DNA of 64,000 nucleotides from Guillardia theta CCMP2712 (taxonomy: Eukaryota > Protista > Cryptophyta), in NCBI RefSeq assembly GCF_000315625.1, contig NW_005434620.1, positions 59,556 to 123,555 on the forward strand, in the 5' to 3' direction. The translations under genes and the position numbers were made by a program. The notes beneath the pieces are model-generated. The model worked only from the letters and a program-made list of their open reading frames with translations. It had not been told where the DNA came from and did not search any database. This document shows positions 46,573-60,663 of this stretch, one piece after another (position 1 is the stretch's first letter; each line of letters starts with the position of its first letter).

Positions 46573-49500
46573 CCATCCCCCCTTACTGCCTGCAACATCT
46601 CGCTCGTCGTTGCATGTCGCTGCCCATAATAATGTCAACGCCAAGTCAAAGCGTATCAAGCCGGGCACCCACCCCCCAACTAGCTTCAATTTACAACCAA
46701 ATTCTCCGAGATTACCCCCTGAATTTAACTTGATCTCCTCACCCTACCCATGCTCAGCCCCTCAAACCAAGTCTTTGGGGTAGGTACTCCCGGGTACTTC
46801 GATTGACCCGGGCTTCGGGTGGGGGTGGTTTGACAGAGAGTCACATCGGCGTTATTTGCCTCACATGCCCAAACTACCCCCTGTACCCCCTGTACCCACG
46901 TAGAATTAGGGAATGGTGGCACGGTGGGTAGTACAAGCACTGAAGATCTCGGCGGCGGGCCCGGCATTGCCTCGCGGGAGTCGGACTGAGAGGCCTCGGA
47001 CCAAAAAGGGCACGGCGGCGTCGATGACCACTGATCGAATCATCATAATCAGTGACTTGGCTCTACTATTGGAATCTTGCAAGTTGAGTCCAAGACTCCC
47101 ATGTCAGCCTGTCTGTGCAGTCACCCCAAGCTTGGCAGGCCGCGGCTCAGTCCAGATTTTCTAGTCCCAGACCGTTAAAGCTCTAGCCCACAACTGTCTT
47201 AGACCTGCAGGCTTCACTTTTACTCAAAGTTAAAGTTAAAGATCAGTACGAAACTTGGCTCACCACTCGATAAGACGAAAGCCCTGAACTTCTCGCGTCT
47301 GAAAGAACTTCTGAGGTTTGTCAGAACCAAGTTCTTACAATCCGATCTCATACTTTCCTAGTTCTCCCAGTGTCTAAATTCCGTTTGCAGATCGATGAGG
47401 ACTTTCTGTTCATGTCTTCCAGCAACCGAAGTTGCTGACTCCGAGTCCCGCGGCAGGGGATGCCAGCCTGTGCCTGTGCCTGTGCCGCGGCCGCTCGGAT
47501 CATCCGGGCGTCGGATGCTAGCTGCCACGGCGGCAAATACCGCGACCCATTGAACCACCGGGACGAAGGGAAATTTGGCTACCAAAGAAGTGTCTTTATG
47601 ACCTAGATATTACGGAAACATCGCAACTTCATCTTCAAGTTACTCCGCAAACCTCTTCATGCTCAGTTTTCGACTGATACCAACGGTTTCTTGCGTTGAC
47701 TTTGCATTACGGTTCTCTTCCTGTTCGCAGTAGGACCTAGGATAGCCTGCTGAAATCTCGATGAGGTTCCATCTTTTGGATGCCTTTGTTCCTGCGTCTT
47801 GCTAATTTTCATGGCAAATGACATCCGCAAGTCATGAGGAACGCAGAATTTGACGCTTCTTATCCTCGGGTGATTGATCTCCGTAGCTTGAGTGGCCGTA
47901 AGGGGCGTTCGTGGTGAAGCTGCACATGCCAACCTTGCCCTCAGTTTTTGGGTCGTGATATCCAATTGTTTTCGAGAACTACCTTGTACCATGCTCACAT
48001 CGTCCTGAAAATTGTTCAGTGAGCTGAAAATTGCTTGTTTCTTGTGGTCACACCTTACTGCAATCTTGAGTCAGAATGCACTTCATGATTGATTGGAAGT
48101 CTGCTGTACTCGAAACCAAAATTTTTCCCTGCAACTCTGCTGTGTTCTTGTCCTTGCTCGTTCTGAGCGGTGGTTGGTCTTTACCTCTGGGCTCGCAGAG
48201 AATTGAGAAATATCTGGAATACGCACAATCAGTAACAGCACAAGCGTATTTCAACAACCTCGAGCTTGTACGTTTTGTTTGAGGCATCGGAGGTGAGGTC
48301 TTGTTCGAAATTCACTTCTGTCCTCCTTGTTCTGTTCCCTCTCCCCCTTGGTTTCTCTGCCACGGCATAGCACAAGATCATCAGTACATCGAGAATGCCA
48401 TGCTGAGCCGTTGGGAGGGATATTCTCCCGAGTCTGCCTCAGAACTGAAGTCGGGCAACGGGCCCGCCCGGATGCCGGTGCCGGGCCACTTCCGAGACCG
48501 GACATAAACACTGAGAATCCCGATCGACCCCGGACTGCTGAAACCTGGAGGTCATCCGAGGAAAATGAGGGGGATGAAGTTCACAAGGTGTCGTAATATT
48601 TCCGACGAGGGCGGACTGACCTCATATATACATGCAATGAAATCAATATTTTTATTATATTTTCAAAATATAAAACAATATTTGGAAAATTATTACAAAA
48701 AAATTTTAAATTATCTTTGCGCTGGCATTCTGAAAATCATGTCATGTCGGCCCCCGTTTCAGAAGAAACCCACCCACCCCCTACTTTTGGACGATTACCC
48801 ACACCCACCCTCTTATCGATCTTTCTCCAGCATTTTGACACCCCCCATAACTTTTATGGACCCCAGCTTTCCCAATAAAACATGGCCTTTTTTACTATAT
48901 TAATCACCACCCCTGTACGTCTGTACCCAACCAAAGACTCTTGTACCCCTAACAATAGCCCTTTGGCACCACAGCAATTAACACTCCAATCCTGGTGCGC
49001 CCCACCCCAATGTCCAGGGCTGAACTTCTTCATCACCCCCTGTAATCACCATAAACGTATCGATCAAATACTACCCCTCCATACTCCCTACCCCCTCCAT
49101 GAATATTTACTAAAGTCAAGAGGTAGATTGTTTTGTAGCATTATCAATGAATGGTACACATCTCCTAAGGTATATAACTCTTCAAGAAAATTCGAATAAT
49201 TTGCGAAATTTCATAAGTGAATTTCAGCTTGTATAATTTTAAATATTCAAATTTCCAAACACTTTAAGTTAATTACTGATGTATACAAATTTTCTAGGTA
49301 CTAGTGCCCACACCCCTCAGCCCACCTCCACCCCACCCCCAATGCAAAGACCCCCCAACAGAACGTTCCCCACGTAAAGCATCTGTTTGATCCCGACCAC
49401 CCCTACCTTCTCCACAAACACTACTACCTCACCCCCATCAAGAACAATAAGTACACCCCTACCCACCCTGTATGACTCATCAATTCACATTTATACCCTA

Positions 49501-49809
49501 CCCATTCTTTCTAGTATTTTACACTACAAGGTACCGGTGGAATGAACAATGAGGACACCACCGGTTCCCTAGCTCCCAGGGCACCCTCTTGTGTCCCGTT
49601 AGACCCTACCCCGTTTCTTTCCAGATCATGTCTGACTTGCACACACTCATACCCCTTGATCTTGAAACTCTTCCTCGTGTTATTTGAAATGATATAACTG
49701 TATTTGATATTATCGAATATTAATTTCAAAGTAATACCATGAGGGGTGGGGTGGGGGCTGGGGAGGGTCCGGTAAAGGAGGAGGAGGAGGCGACACACAA
49801 CCATCAAAC

Positions 49810-51280
49810 ATGCAGGGGATACTGCGAACGGGGGTGGCGATGGCGATGATGGTGGCGGTGGACGCATTCATGTCCTCCCCAGCCATGAGGATGCAGAACG
49901 TTAGGAGACTAAGGAGCTCAGGACCTGCCAAGAGGAGCTCGATCAGTCCAAGTAAGTTCCCTTCGAAAACTTTCGCGATTTTGCATGAAAAGGGGGAGAC
50001 TGGGTGTGGATGAGAGAAAGCAGAAGGGAAATAGGAGGAGACATTGAAAATCTTGACTAAGGCTCGTGATTCGACAGGGATGACCCTTGCTCTTCCGCGT
50101 ATGGAGCCGCTCCCTCCCTTGGACGGACAACTTCCCGACTGCCCGGTCACCATCTGGAACTCGGAGAACATCGACATTGCTGCTGAGCAGGTCAAGACTG
50201 GTGTTGCGCATTTACCATGCTGAAGGCTCTGTGCAGCGACGCTACAAAGAGGAGGGCATTCCCGAATCTCTCTTGGAGATCGTAGCTGACAGCGAAATCA
50301 ACGCTCAAGGGCTGGCTTACTTCGAGGTAGCGAGAGCAGAGCGTGTCGAATGCGACTAAACTGTTCTCAGCAAAACAAGGAGATGATCATGAACCACTTG
50401 AAGCAGAATGGTGCTGTCATCTTCAAGAACTTTGACATCAGCAAGACTCCCGAAGGTACCCGATCTTCCTGCTTGACTACTCGGAGCTGATTTCTTCGAA
50501 AGGATTCCGCAGGGTCTGGGAAACCCTTGACATGGCGCCGTGCCTTGACCCGATCCACAACTCTGGACTTCGCTCATTCCTCTCATCCAGGTCTTTGATC
50601 CCCCTAGACCTCGTGCTGGCTCTCAACTGAGTGTCGGTCCTCAGGGACGGAGTTTACGAGGAGGTGAACAAGAAGTCGCTCGCCAAGCACTACATGTGAG
50701 GCCCGTCGGACTCGAGGACTGGGTTCTCACGTGCTTTACAGTGGTCTCCACAACGAGTCCACCTTCAAGAAGACTGCCACGTATGGTCGCGGATTGTTGG
50801 GTTTCCAAGCTTGACCTCACCATACCAGCTTCGGAGCTTTCGTTTGCTTCAGCCCAGCCAGTGAGAGTGGAGGAGAATTCTTCATTGCCGATGGAGCTAA
50901 GGTGATAGAGAGACAAAGACAGAGGCGTCATGTTGATGACTGAACATCTCTTCAGATCTTCCGTGATCTCAGAACCGAGGTGCTCGAGTCTCTCTACAAC
51001 AAGGGGTCCGACATTCGTTGCGCTGCTTCCTCCAGCTTGACTGACCCTCGTTTCTCAGAGTGCGCATCTCCGTGTCAAACTTGGACCTTGACTTCCTTGG
51101 AGCCCTTGGCCCTCTCAAGGAGCCTGCCATGAACTTCTTCAAGGTCTTGCGATCTGCTGTCATGTTGGCACTCTGACCTTGTGCCAGGGATTGATTGGCT
51201 CCACTGTCGCCCCCAAGTTCGACATGGACCTTGACATGATCTACGGAGCTGATGGCAAGCCCCAGCGTCTCCAGGTGCCA

Positions 51281-51313
<33 letters not shown>

Positions 51314-52020
51314 TACACGCTTACTATCCTGCAGGCCATCGAGCACCGCCAGTCCCCCATCAACAGACACCCCGAGACTGGCAAGCCCGTTTGGTTCTGC
51401 AACATCCACAACCATGCCAGGTCGATAGTGTGAGCTCGGTTCTGCGCCCGCGTGTCTTACCTTCGGTGAAGATACCTCCGCGACAAGCGCCCATGCAGCG
51501 TGCCCGAGGTGACTGGCGAAGGTCATGTCATGGTGTGTGATAGGATGAAATCAGGTCGGCATGACAGACGTCTACTACGGTGACCTCTCGCACATCCCCA
51601 ACGAGTATGTGGATCACATCAACGAGGTTCATGGTCATGTCATCGCCCTCCTACCCTGACTCTGCAGCCGCAGGTTTCGGAGAAGCACATCCAGAATCTC
51701 GCCATGCAGAGCGGTGACGTGCTCCTTATCGACAACTACCGCATGCTCCACGGCCGCCAGACCTTCGCGGGTGATCGCCTCCATGCGGTTGGCTCCCTTG
51801 ATGTCCCCTTTCCACTCCCAACTCATCCGTCGCAGGTTTCTTGGTTCCGCAAGGGTGACGAGGCTGTCACTCCTCAAGGCAAGCCCGGCAACTTGCTCAA
51901 CTCGGTGAGGAGGAGGAGGAGGGGGCGGAAGAGGAAGAGCAGGGGCATGGGGCAGGGGAAGATGGATGCAAGCATTAGAGACTTATATGCTGGCAGGCTG
52001 TCAACTCTTTGATCAAGTAA
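49810..52020 (+). CDS. TauD/TfdA (clavaminate synthase-like) Fe(II)/2-oxoglutarate dioxygenase, predicted plastid-targeted; many short exons
   Basis: Signal peptide ending VDA|F, then a Ser/Arg-rich transit peptide. Motifs across exons: GAVIFKNF, GLHNEST (HxE), GGEFFIADG, HPETGKPVWFCNIH and MQSGDVLLIDNYRMLHGRQTFAGDR. Stop codon at 52018-52020. Confidence 0.88.
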
Positions 52021-52201
52021 GCACATCGAGGCTCCTCAAGAGATTGTCTTGCTTTGCAAGCCCTGTACCTGCTAGTCTGTGAATGAAGTGATGAAACCAT
52101 CTTCTTTGCAGCTCTCTCGTTTCTTCCCTCCTCCTTCCATTCTGCGCTTGTGATTGTTCTCTCCGTTCATCCCTCTCCACCCCCCCCACGGTGGTTGCTC
52201 C

Positions 52202-53606
52202 TCATCTCTTCGCCGGAAATTTCTTGCCATGGCCGAAGTAGGTGAGGAGGTCGCGGTGGGTAGAGTTGCGCTCCTTGAATAGTTTCCTGCCGCTGCAGTG
52301 AGACGAGCGATACGAGGTGGGGGTGGACCTGAGTGAATGATGGCCGATGCGGTCGAGCGCGAGCTCCCCTGAGCTCATCCTGTTGCTCTGCTTCAAGCTC
52401 AGTCTCCTCGTCTCCATCCTACTTCATGTCCTACCGAAAAAGCCGCGTCGTCCTGCAAGTCTATGCTTCCCCCCTTGTCGGTCGTTGCTCGGGCCCTCAC
52501 GTGACTCTGCAACTTTCTCAGCTCCTCGTTCAGCTCGTCTCGTCCTAGTCGAAGTTTCGGCCTGAGCAGCTCGTGACTTGAACCTCAGGCAGCAGAGATC
52601 TCGACCTTCCAAACTGCGAGGGGCTCATGGCCGTTAGCTCCAGCCTGATCGGGACAGTGAGTTCATCAAGGTCGAGAAGCGGAAAACAGCTGTGCGTGCA
52701 GAGCAGGAGAAAGAAGGGGCGAGAGGGGCAGGAAGGGGAGGAGGAGCTCACTGGGGTGTCTTGCAGGTCTCAGGATCTTCCATGCTCTGCAACTGACGTG
52801 AGACGCGTCACATCGCGTGCGGGTTGAGACCTCGTGAGAGAGGAGGGGAACACTCTCTGAGCGCTTTGACAGCCAGGAGGGGAGGAAGACAGGGTCTTGA
52901 AACCCACACGAGGTTGTCCCGAACATTCTCCGTGAAATCCTTCCCACGTTCTTCACTCGCAGCTCCGCATCCTAGAGCAGGTCAGCTAGCGCCAGCCTGC
53001 TGAGGTCGATCGCACTGAGAAGTAGCGGCGCAAGGGCTGCGACGAGGTCGGGGAGGTAGCGGCTTGAGAATCTTCTAGGACTGCACGCTGCACGCTCGAC
53101 ACGTTCTCTTCTTCTTCTCTTCTCATAAACTTGCTGGCCTGGGCCCCAACAAGCTCGAGCTCGAACACACCCTTGTAGCCCGTCCTGCACAGCAACGTCC
53201 TCCTCTGATATCGCCAGCTGCTCCAGCACGTCAAACACTCCGACAGGCAATGTCACCTCACCGGACAACACAGGCGCCTCCCCCAAGTTCCACGCTCACA
53301 ACAACTCCAACAGCCTCTCGCGGTAGCCATGTCACCATGTCGCGCGCCTGATCACGAAGACAAACTTCCATGCCGACCCTAAGGCGAGCAAGCTTGTAAG
53401 CTGAAGCGAAGGGCAAAGTGGTTGACGCTGTGAAATAGTCGCACATTGCAAGGAAGGCAGAGGAGGGAGGAGGGGGGAAGCAGGTTTAGGAAGGAAGCGG
53501 AAAAAGGGGAGGAAAAGGGGGGAAAGGAGGAGGAAGAGAGATGATTATTGTGAAGATATGTTGACGACGAAAAAGGTGGTGGTGGTGGTGGTGGTGGTGA
53601 TGATGG

Positions 53607-53696
<90 letters not shown>

Positions 53697-53771
53697 GGAG
53701 GAGGAGGAGGAGGAGGAGGAGGAGGAGTACCTTGCTTGTACATCCCTACCGATGATCGCTCCCTTCGCCAT
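52202..53771 (-). CDS. Hypothetical multi-exon protein with a possible small SH3/KOW-like beta domain
   Basis: Exon-like ORFs 53258-53446 (RLRVGMEVCL...VGVVVSVE), 52972-53286 and 52202-52417 are separated by GT-AG, purine/pyrimidine-skewed introns. Confidence 0.45.
53575..53726. repeat. Compound (GGT)n(GAT)n(GAG)n trinucleotide microsatellite, probably intronic
   Basis: Seen directly. Confidence 0.9.
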
Positions 53772-54119
53772 GCTCCTCAGCCGTTTGACTTGACTTGAGC
53801 TGACAGGCATGGTGTTGCCCGGGGCCGGGGGTTGCGAGCACCCTGGCGAGCACCATGCCCGCCCGGGGCCCGGGGCCAACCGTGGCCCCAGTGGCGCCCG
53901 GTGGGGCCAGTAACTCCACTTCCCCGGCCCCCTCAACTTGCCTCACATCAGCCTCACTCTTGCCTCACTCGGTCGGCCACGCGGGGCTCCGGGGCCCGAT
54001 CGGAGGAGCTCTGGGTGATCGACTTCCCGGCCGGTAGGCACGGGTCACACTGAAACCTATGGTCCGATCTCAATGCTGAGGCGGGCATGAGCCCAGTAAG
54101 CTACAGAGACGGTTTTACT

Positions 54120-57100
54120 CAAACAGTGCCAAGAGAGTGAAGGAAGGAAAGAATCTGCGTGACGTCAGCAGGAGCAGGAGCAGGAGAGAAGATGAGACCT
54201 CGAGGTCCACCTTGGATCTCGAGGAAGAGCGAACTAGAGGAGCGTCAGTGCTGGGATCTCACAGCACAGGCAGGAAACTTGGGAGGAAGAGAACGACCGA
54301 GACAGTTGGTGGCAGCATAAATGAGGAAGCGCGGTTGAAGGAAAGGAAGTAGAAGAACAACGATCACGGAAGGAAGAAGAGAGCAGCAGGCGAGAGGGGG
54401 GGGGGGGGAGAAGGAGGAGAAGGCTGTACCGATATGCTCGATTGCCTTGATGGCCTCCCTGTACTTTTCCTCCAGATCCTTTCTTGCCTTCCTCGTCTCT
54501 TCCAGCTCTGCGAGGTCTGCGTAAGTTCCTCCTCGCCTCCTCCTCCTCCTCCTCCTCCTCCTCCTCCAGCGATACCTTCTCTCTGTTCCTTCAAATTCTC
54601 CTCCAGACGCTCAATGTGATCGGAAGCAACCTTGCGCTGGCAAGAGAAGGGAGAAGATTAGAGGGCATCTTCTCGCCTCCTCCTACTCCTCCCACCTGCT
54701 CACTGGAGATATGTGCAGCCTTTGCGTTGAGCCCCTCAAGGGTGAGGATTTGATCTGAAGGATTTTGTTGAAAACCAACGAGGAGAAGATCGAAGGAGAG
54801 ACGAAGGGCGAGCAGGGGAGGAAGCGGAGGAGGAGAAAGGAGAGGAAGGAGCAAGAGCTGGGGGTTAGAAGGTGGGGGGGGGGGGCGGGGGATGGGCAGG
54901 GAGGAGGAGGAGGAGGGGGAACCTGTTTTCTCCCGCACCAGCTGCTCGAGCTTCTTCTTGTTCTCCGTCAAGATTTTGTTTTCCTACCCGGCAACATGTT
55001 GAGGGAATGAACAGGGAGGAGCAGGAGGAGGAGAACGGAGAGGGAAGGCAGGAGGGGAGGAGGGAGGAGGGGGGAGGGGGATGGGGGGAGGGGAGGAAGG
55101 GAGGAGGGAGGAGGGAGCAGGAGGGATAGATCAGGTTCAAACCTCTTCAAGTCGCTGCAGGTCTCCTTGTTCGCGACTTCTCTGAAGAAACTCTAATAGG
55201 AGCGCATCATAGTCACCAACACATCCCTATGCTCCTGCTCTCCCTCCCCCTTCCCTCCATCCTCTTCCCTCACCTCTCTTGCTCGCAACCGCCTTCGCTC
55301 TCTCGGCCTCGATCGCTTTCTCCGCAAGTTCTGCCTCCAACTGCATCCTCGTCACCCGACGCACGTCACAACAAGCCGCACATGTTCGATCCTACGCTGT
55401 TTCCCCTCCAGCTCCAGTTCAGCTCTCTCCTTCGCCGCTTGCTCCTTCCTCAGCTGCAGACCGTCAGACTTTGGCTTGTCTTGCTCAGCGTAGGACCTCA
55501 TTCTGCACGTGCTCCTTGCCCCTCCTGTTCTCCTCCTCCGACCAGGGAGCCCACAAGAACGCGCCCTCGTCCACGAGCATGCTGCGACTGACGTACTTCC
55601 TCCGATTCTTGGCGTCTTTGAGGTCGAGGAAGACGACTGCCCCCTCTGCGTCGATTTCCTGGAACCACCTGCAGCTCAAGGACTTCAATCCTGCACAGGT
55701 GAAACCAAAGAGGAAGGAGGAGGAGGAGGAGGAGAGTACGAGAAGGAGGAGAGTTGAGTACGAGGACAAGGGGGAGGAGGGGGAGGAGGGGAAGGAAGAG
55801 GAGTGCGAGCAGAAGGAGGGGGTGGGGAGTACGAGCAGGAGGAGGAGACCTCGTTTCTCCTTCCTCCTTTAATGCCTTCTCGTAGCTCTCAGGCACCTCA
55901 GCCGCGAGATTCTGTAGGACTCGCGAGTCTTTCGCCTGCGACTGGTCAGACATGACCAGCAACCAAGTCGTGCAGCTCACGAGCGCCTTTCTCAGCTTCT
56001 CCACCTCCTCCTCGAGCTCCTTCACCCGCGGGTCTACTTGCGGCTCCTGCTGAAGGGGGACAAAGCTGAAGAGAGACTGCTGGGAAGGAGCATCTTCGCC
56101 TCGGGCTGGCTCGGACGGCTTGACTGGCAAGAGGGAGGAGAAGAAGTCGAGGGCAGGGATGCCGGACCCTTGCTGGGCCTGCTGGCTGCTGCTGAGCAGC
56201 TGCTGCTTCAGCTTCTCGTTCTCAGCTCGCAGCGCCTCGAGCTCCTTCGCCTGCTCGTCAAGAGCAGCCCTGCTCTCCTCCATCGCCTTTAGTTCATCCT
56301 CTCGCGCCTTTGCAGCTGCTTCCTCCTCCTGCTCCTTCTGCTTGCTCTTCTTCTTGAAGACAGCGAGCCTGTTGAAGAAGTTGCTCGATACTGCCAATCA
56401 AGTCAGCTGGAGCTTGCTCGACACATCATACCTTTTCCTTCGTTCTTCTCCCCCTCGTGTCCATCCTGCCCATCTTGCTCCTCATGCCCTTTCTGTCCTT
56501 TCTGACCCTCTTGGCCTTTCTGACCCTCTTTGCCTTTCTGACCCTCTTGGCCTTTCTGACCCTCCCCCTCCCCCGCTCGCACAGGATCCGTTGCCTTGGT
56601 CTTGAGGTCTTCTTTCTCCCGGCTGACACTGTCGAGCTGATTCTTGAGTCTCTCATTCTCCTTGCTTATATCCTCGAGCTGTTTCTTCGCCATCTCTTCT
56701 TCCTTGCTAGACCTGAGCTGGGCTGCAGCAGTATCCCTCACGTTCTCACTCGCGAGCTTTTCCGCCTCTTCCAGCTTGACGGGACCGTTTTCAAAAAGGT
56801 CCAACGAGCGAGCTCCACCGTTGGTATCTGCAGCAAGAGGTCTCAAGCACATGGTAAGAGGGAGGAAAGACTACCTTGCGGGGTCGACTTGACTGACTTC
56901 CGTCCATCCGACGAATCCCCGTCGCTGCAGTCGCAAACATGACTGGAGGACAGGGGCCGGGGAGCAGCATGGCAACTCACGTCTTTTGTTGTTCTTCTCT
57001 CGCATCTTCTGCTGTCTGAGTGGAAATCGTCGCCGTCTCGACCGGGATTACCTGACTCACGAGTCAAACTTAACCCTGCAAGAATCCCGCATCACCACAA

Positions 57101-58129
57101 CCTTGGGAGGGTCCGCCGCAACATTGGCAGAACTTTTCGCCTTCTTGATCTTCTCGACTGCAGATCTTAAGAGCAACGAAACTCTCAGGTCAGCTGGCAA
57201 CCTGGTGGAAGGTCTTCCAGGCTGCACTGGATGGCCTTGGTGAAAAGCTTCTTTTTCCTCCTCATCCTCAGTCGCTTCTTGCCCAGCTCGGATCCAGGGC
57301 GCGGCCTTGTGATCCCAGCTGACAGGATCTCAGCGTCAGACGATCTTCACGAGGTCTTAGCTGGTCTCACTTGCGATGCGATAAAGTCTTGACAGAAGGT
57401 TGTTCCCGTCGGGAGTCATCGAGCAAGTCCCCTTGAAATCTCATTTGAGTTGAGCAGAAGCAACACCGTCAGCTCTTCTCCCACCTCCTTCCTCTTCTTC
57501 ATCTTCCTTATCCTCTGCTTCAACTTCCCGCTCTTGAGCATGGCTGCCGTCCTTGTCAATCCACTGACCTAGAGCCGCCACACCTCCTCACCTCCTAGGT
57601 TTCCTTTCAGCTCGTCGTAGGAGAGGGAACTTTCCGGGTCGTACTCGAAGATGAAGACTTGCTTCAAGCCCGTGAGAGGTTGGGTCATGTTCATCACTGT
57701 GTTCAGAGGCAGCTCCTCCCGATCATCTGACGCGTTCCTGTCGCACCCACCGTCACTCTCGTCATCACAGTCAACTCCTGTTTGTCTCGTTCTTCAATCA
57801 CCATCGCTGTCACACTGCACGCTCTCACCCCCAGCTCCCTTTCGCTCTCCTCCTCCTCCTCTCTTCCTCTCTTCGCCCTCACTCTCTCCTCTCCCTCCCC
57901 CAGCCCGATCATCCGCCAGCTCTCCTCCAGCACAAACTCACAGCGCGAAGAGCGTTGTCATGTCGGCTCCTTCGCCCCATGAAGCGGGAACTTCTCGATC
58001 CTCGAGGAACTCGACGATGAGCACACAGACGTCCTCTACTGTCGCTCCCTCCTCTGCCTCCAGCTCCTCCTCCAACTCCTTCCCCACCTCCCCGAACGTC
58101 TCCGTCCGCATGACGAGCTTCATCCCCAT
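54120..58129 (-). CDS. Hypothetical multi-exon coiled-coil protein; 3' end approximate
   Basis: Exon-like ORFs 57938-58147, 56403-56852, 55498-56397 and 55485-55769 contain E/K/Q/L-rich helical segments separated by simple-repeat introns. Confidence 0.55.
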
Positions 58130-58637
58130 GGTCGCCAGCAATTTCAACTCGACTTCGGGTCAAATTTGAAATCCAACCCAAGAAATGTTGCAGAGGACCA
58201 GAATTCCTGCCACCAAGAGTCAAATCCAACGGAAAATAACCGCCGTCCCATCACTGAAAGTGGGCCGGGCCGGTGAGTCGCCGCTCACCTGCATCGGCCC
58301 GTGACACCGGCGGAGTCCTGGACTCGGGAGTCGAACTCCGTGAGGCCCCGGGGCCCGGACCGTACCGGGGGTTGCCCCTGCCCCTGTCGCTCACCTTCCG
58401 CGGGCACTGTCATCAACTCTTTACTCAAAGTTATCAGCTCAGGATGATCAGAACTTCGGAAAAAGGGCCAGAGACCCTTTGAGTCTCCTGGTCTCCGATC
58501 ACCTCGGACACTCCGCCGGGCTCGAAACTATGATTATGGTCGGCGAGCCTCCGAGTCAGTTGTGAGGTTCACGGCCAACATTTGACCTTTTTCTTTCACT
58601 TCACGATTCGATTCGATTCAAACTCCACCCTTCGGCA

Positions 58638-60614
58638 ATGCTAAGCGCTGAGGAGCGCATGCTCGCAGCCGTAGCGCGGGCTCGAGGGGGAGGACGAGGA
58701 GGAGGACGAGGACGAGGAGCAGGAGCAGGAGGAGCAGGAGGAGCAGGAGGAGCAGGAGGAGCAGGAGGAGCAGGAGTGCTATTAGAGCTTATCACAAGGC
58801 ATGATGGTTCAAAACGCCAGGCATGGAGAGTAGGGGGACCACCAGATCCAGTGTCAGAGCTTGCGACGCTATCGGGATATGCTGGTGCGTTCAGCTCCGA
58901 GCAAGAGAAGCGTCAAGAAGAAATCACAGCAGGGGATAGAAGAAGCGTCAGGGAGGAGATTTTGCTGTCCCGTCAAGCTACACGCTCGCAGATTGTCGAC
59001 GGGAGGAGTTTGAATCACATGGAACCCAAGGATGCGTCAGCCATGTGCTCTAGTAGCTCTGGTATGGTTCCTGACTCTCGGCCACGACCTGTGACAACAA
59101 CAAGTGAACCTGCGGAGGTTCCGCCTTCCTCTCACGTGGGCGTTGGGCTGAAGTTACGGCAAAGGGGCTCACAATTCGAAATCCTCGAAATTGTTTATGA
59201 TTCTCCCGCATGGAAGTCATCGCTGGCTATAGGAGACAAGATCGTAGACTTTGATGGCTCCCTTTGCGCACGTCTCAGGTCTGGTGCAGGTGAGCGTCGA
59301 TGGATTTCCTGTCGAGAACTTGAGCTTGTCCGAGGTACCTGCTTGCTTGACTGCTAACGGTCTGAGATCCCCTCAAAGGTGGTCAGGAGGATCATGGGCC
59401 CTGAAGGCTCCACTGTGACTTTGACGACTGATACAGCAACTCTCGCACTGAGAAGGAGCAAGGTGACGATACTCCTCAGATCCTCTCCGAACCTGAGCAA
59501 CGCCGCAGCCTACCTCGACAGCTCTGTCCTCGATGGCCAGGCAGCTAAACAAAGCTGAACACGCATCTTCTCACGCTCCTTCATCGTTGCGATACCAGGC
59601 GATGAGAGGAAGAAAGATAGAAGCTCATGCCTCCTGACATGCTTCTGCTGCAGGTCAATCTCGGTATCAAGGATCGGTCCGAGCCTGTCAATCCTCCTGG
59701 CGCTGCTCCGGTCAGTGACGGGGCTACCTCGACCATCCGTGCCAAGCTGCTTGAGGAGTGGAACACCATCAAGTTTGGATCGAGCTATGCCCCGGCTGCT
59801 CGGGAATCCAGTCAGAGACAGCAGCTGCCCAGCATGGCCTCCACATCCATGAAGGACAACCTCGCCTCCTCCAGCTCGCATTCCAGCCTGGCACCATCGC
59901 TCAGCAAGGAGGCGCAACCGCAGGAGGCGCAAGGGGGCCCAGCAAGGAGCCTGTCCAGTGGTGATCGGAACCCACGCGTGGACCAGGAGGAGGTGGAAGA
60001 GTCGTTTGTGAGGAACCTGGAGAACTACCAGCAGCGGATCGAGGAAGCTCACAGCTCCTCCGGGTCCAGGGATATCCTGCAAGTCCCGCAGGAATACCCC
60101 GGGCGGGGAGTCCGCGTGCTGGATGAGACCAAGATGAAGGAGGAGCTGCCGGGGCAGAACCTCGGACGTCCGACTGTACCGAGCAAGGGGCAGGTCGATG
60201 ATCGAGAGGGTGAGGAGGAGGGCGATGACGTGACCCTGCAGGGGCTAGTCTCCTCTCAGCAGGAGAGCTGGGAAGAGGTTGGAAGGAAGAAGCGGGAGGC
60301 CTACAGCCGGGGGGTGGAGGTGAAGCAGCTGCTGGAGGGGGATGAAATGGACGTGGCAGAGGACGTGTCAGACTCGCAGGGGCTGGCGAAACTCTTGGCT
60401 TCCATCGAGCAGATGCATCGCAACGTGACCAAGAAGGCTCTCGACACATTCCTGCGCCTCTACGAGGAAGATGATCTGAAGAGCATCAAAGTCGCTCTCG
60501 AGCACATCCGTGAGGCTCATGACGGCATCCGCGCCATGGCGATCGAAGCGCTCGAGGCTCTTGCAGTGACACCTGGGATCAGGTGAACAATCTTCATCCT
60601 CCTCTCCTCTTACA

Positions 60615-60663
<49 letters not shown>

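Noticed and set aside
47348-48511. Possible minus-strand gene from several short ORFs
   Set aside because: I could not build a consistent spliced model or recognise any domain, so it is left uncalled.
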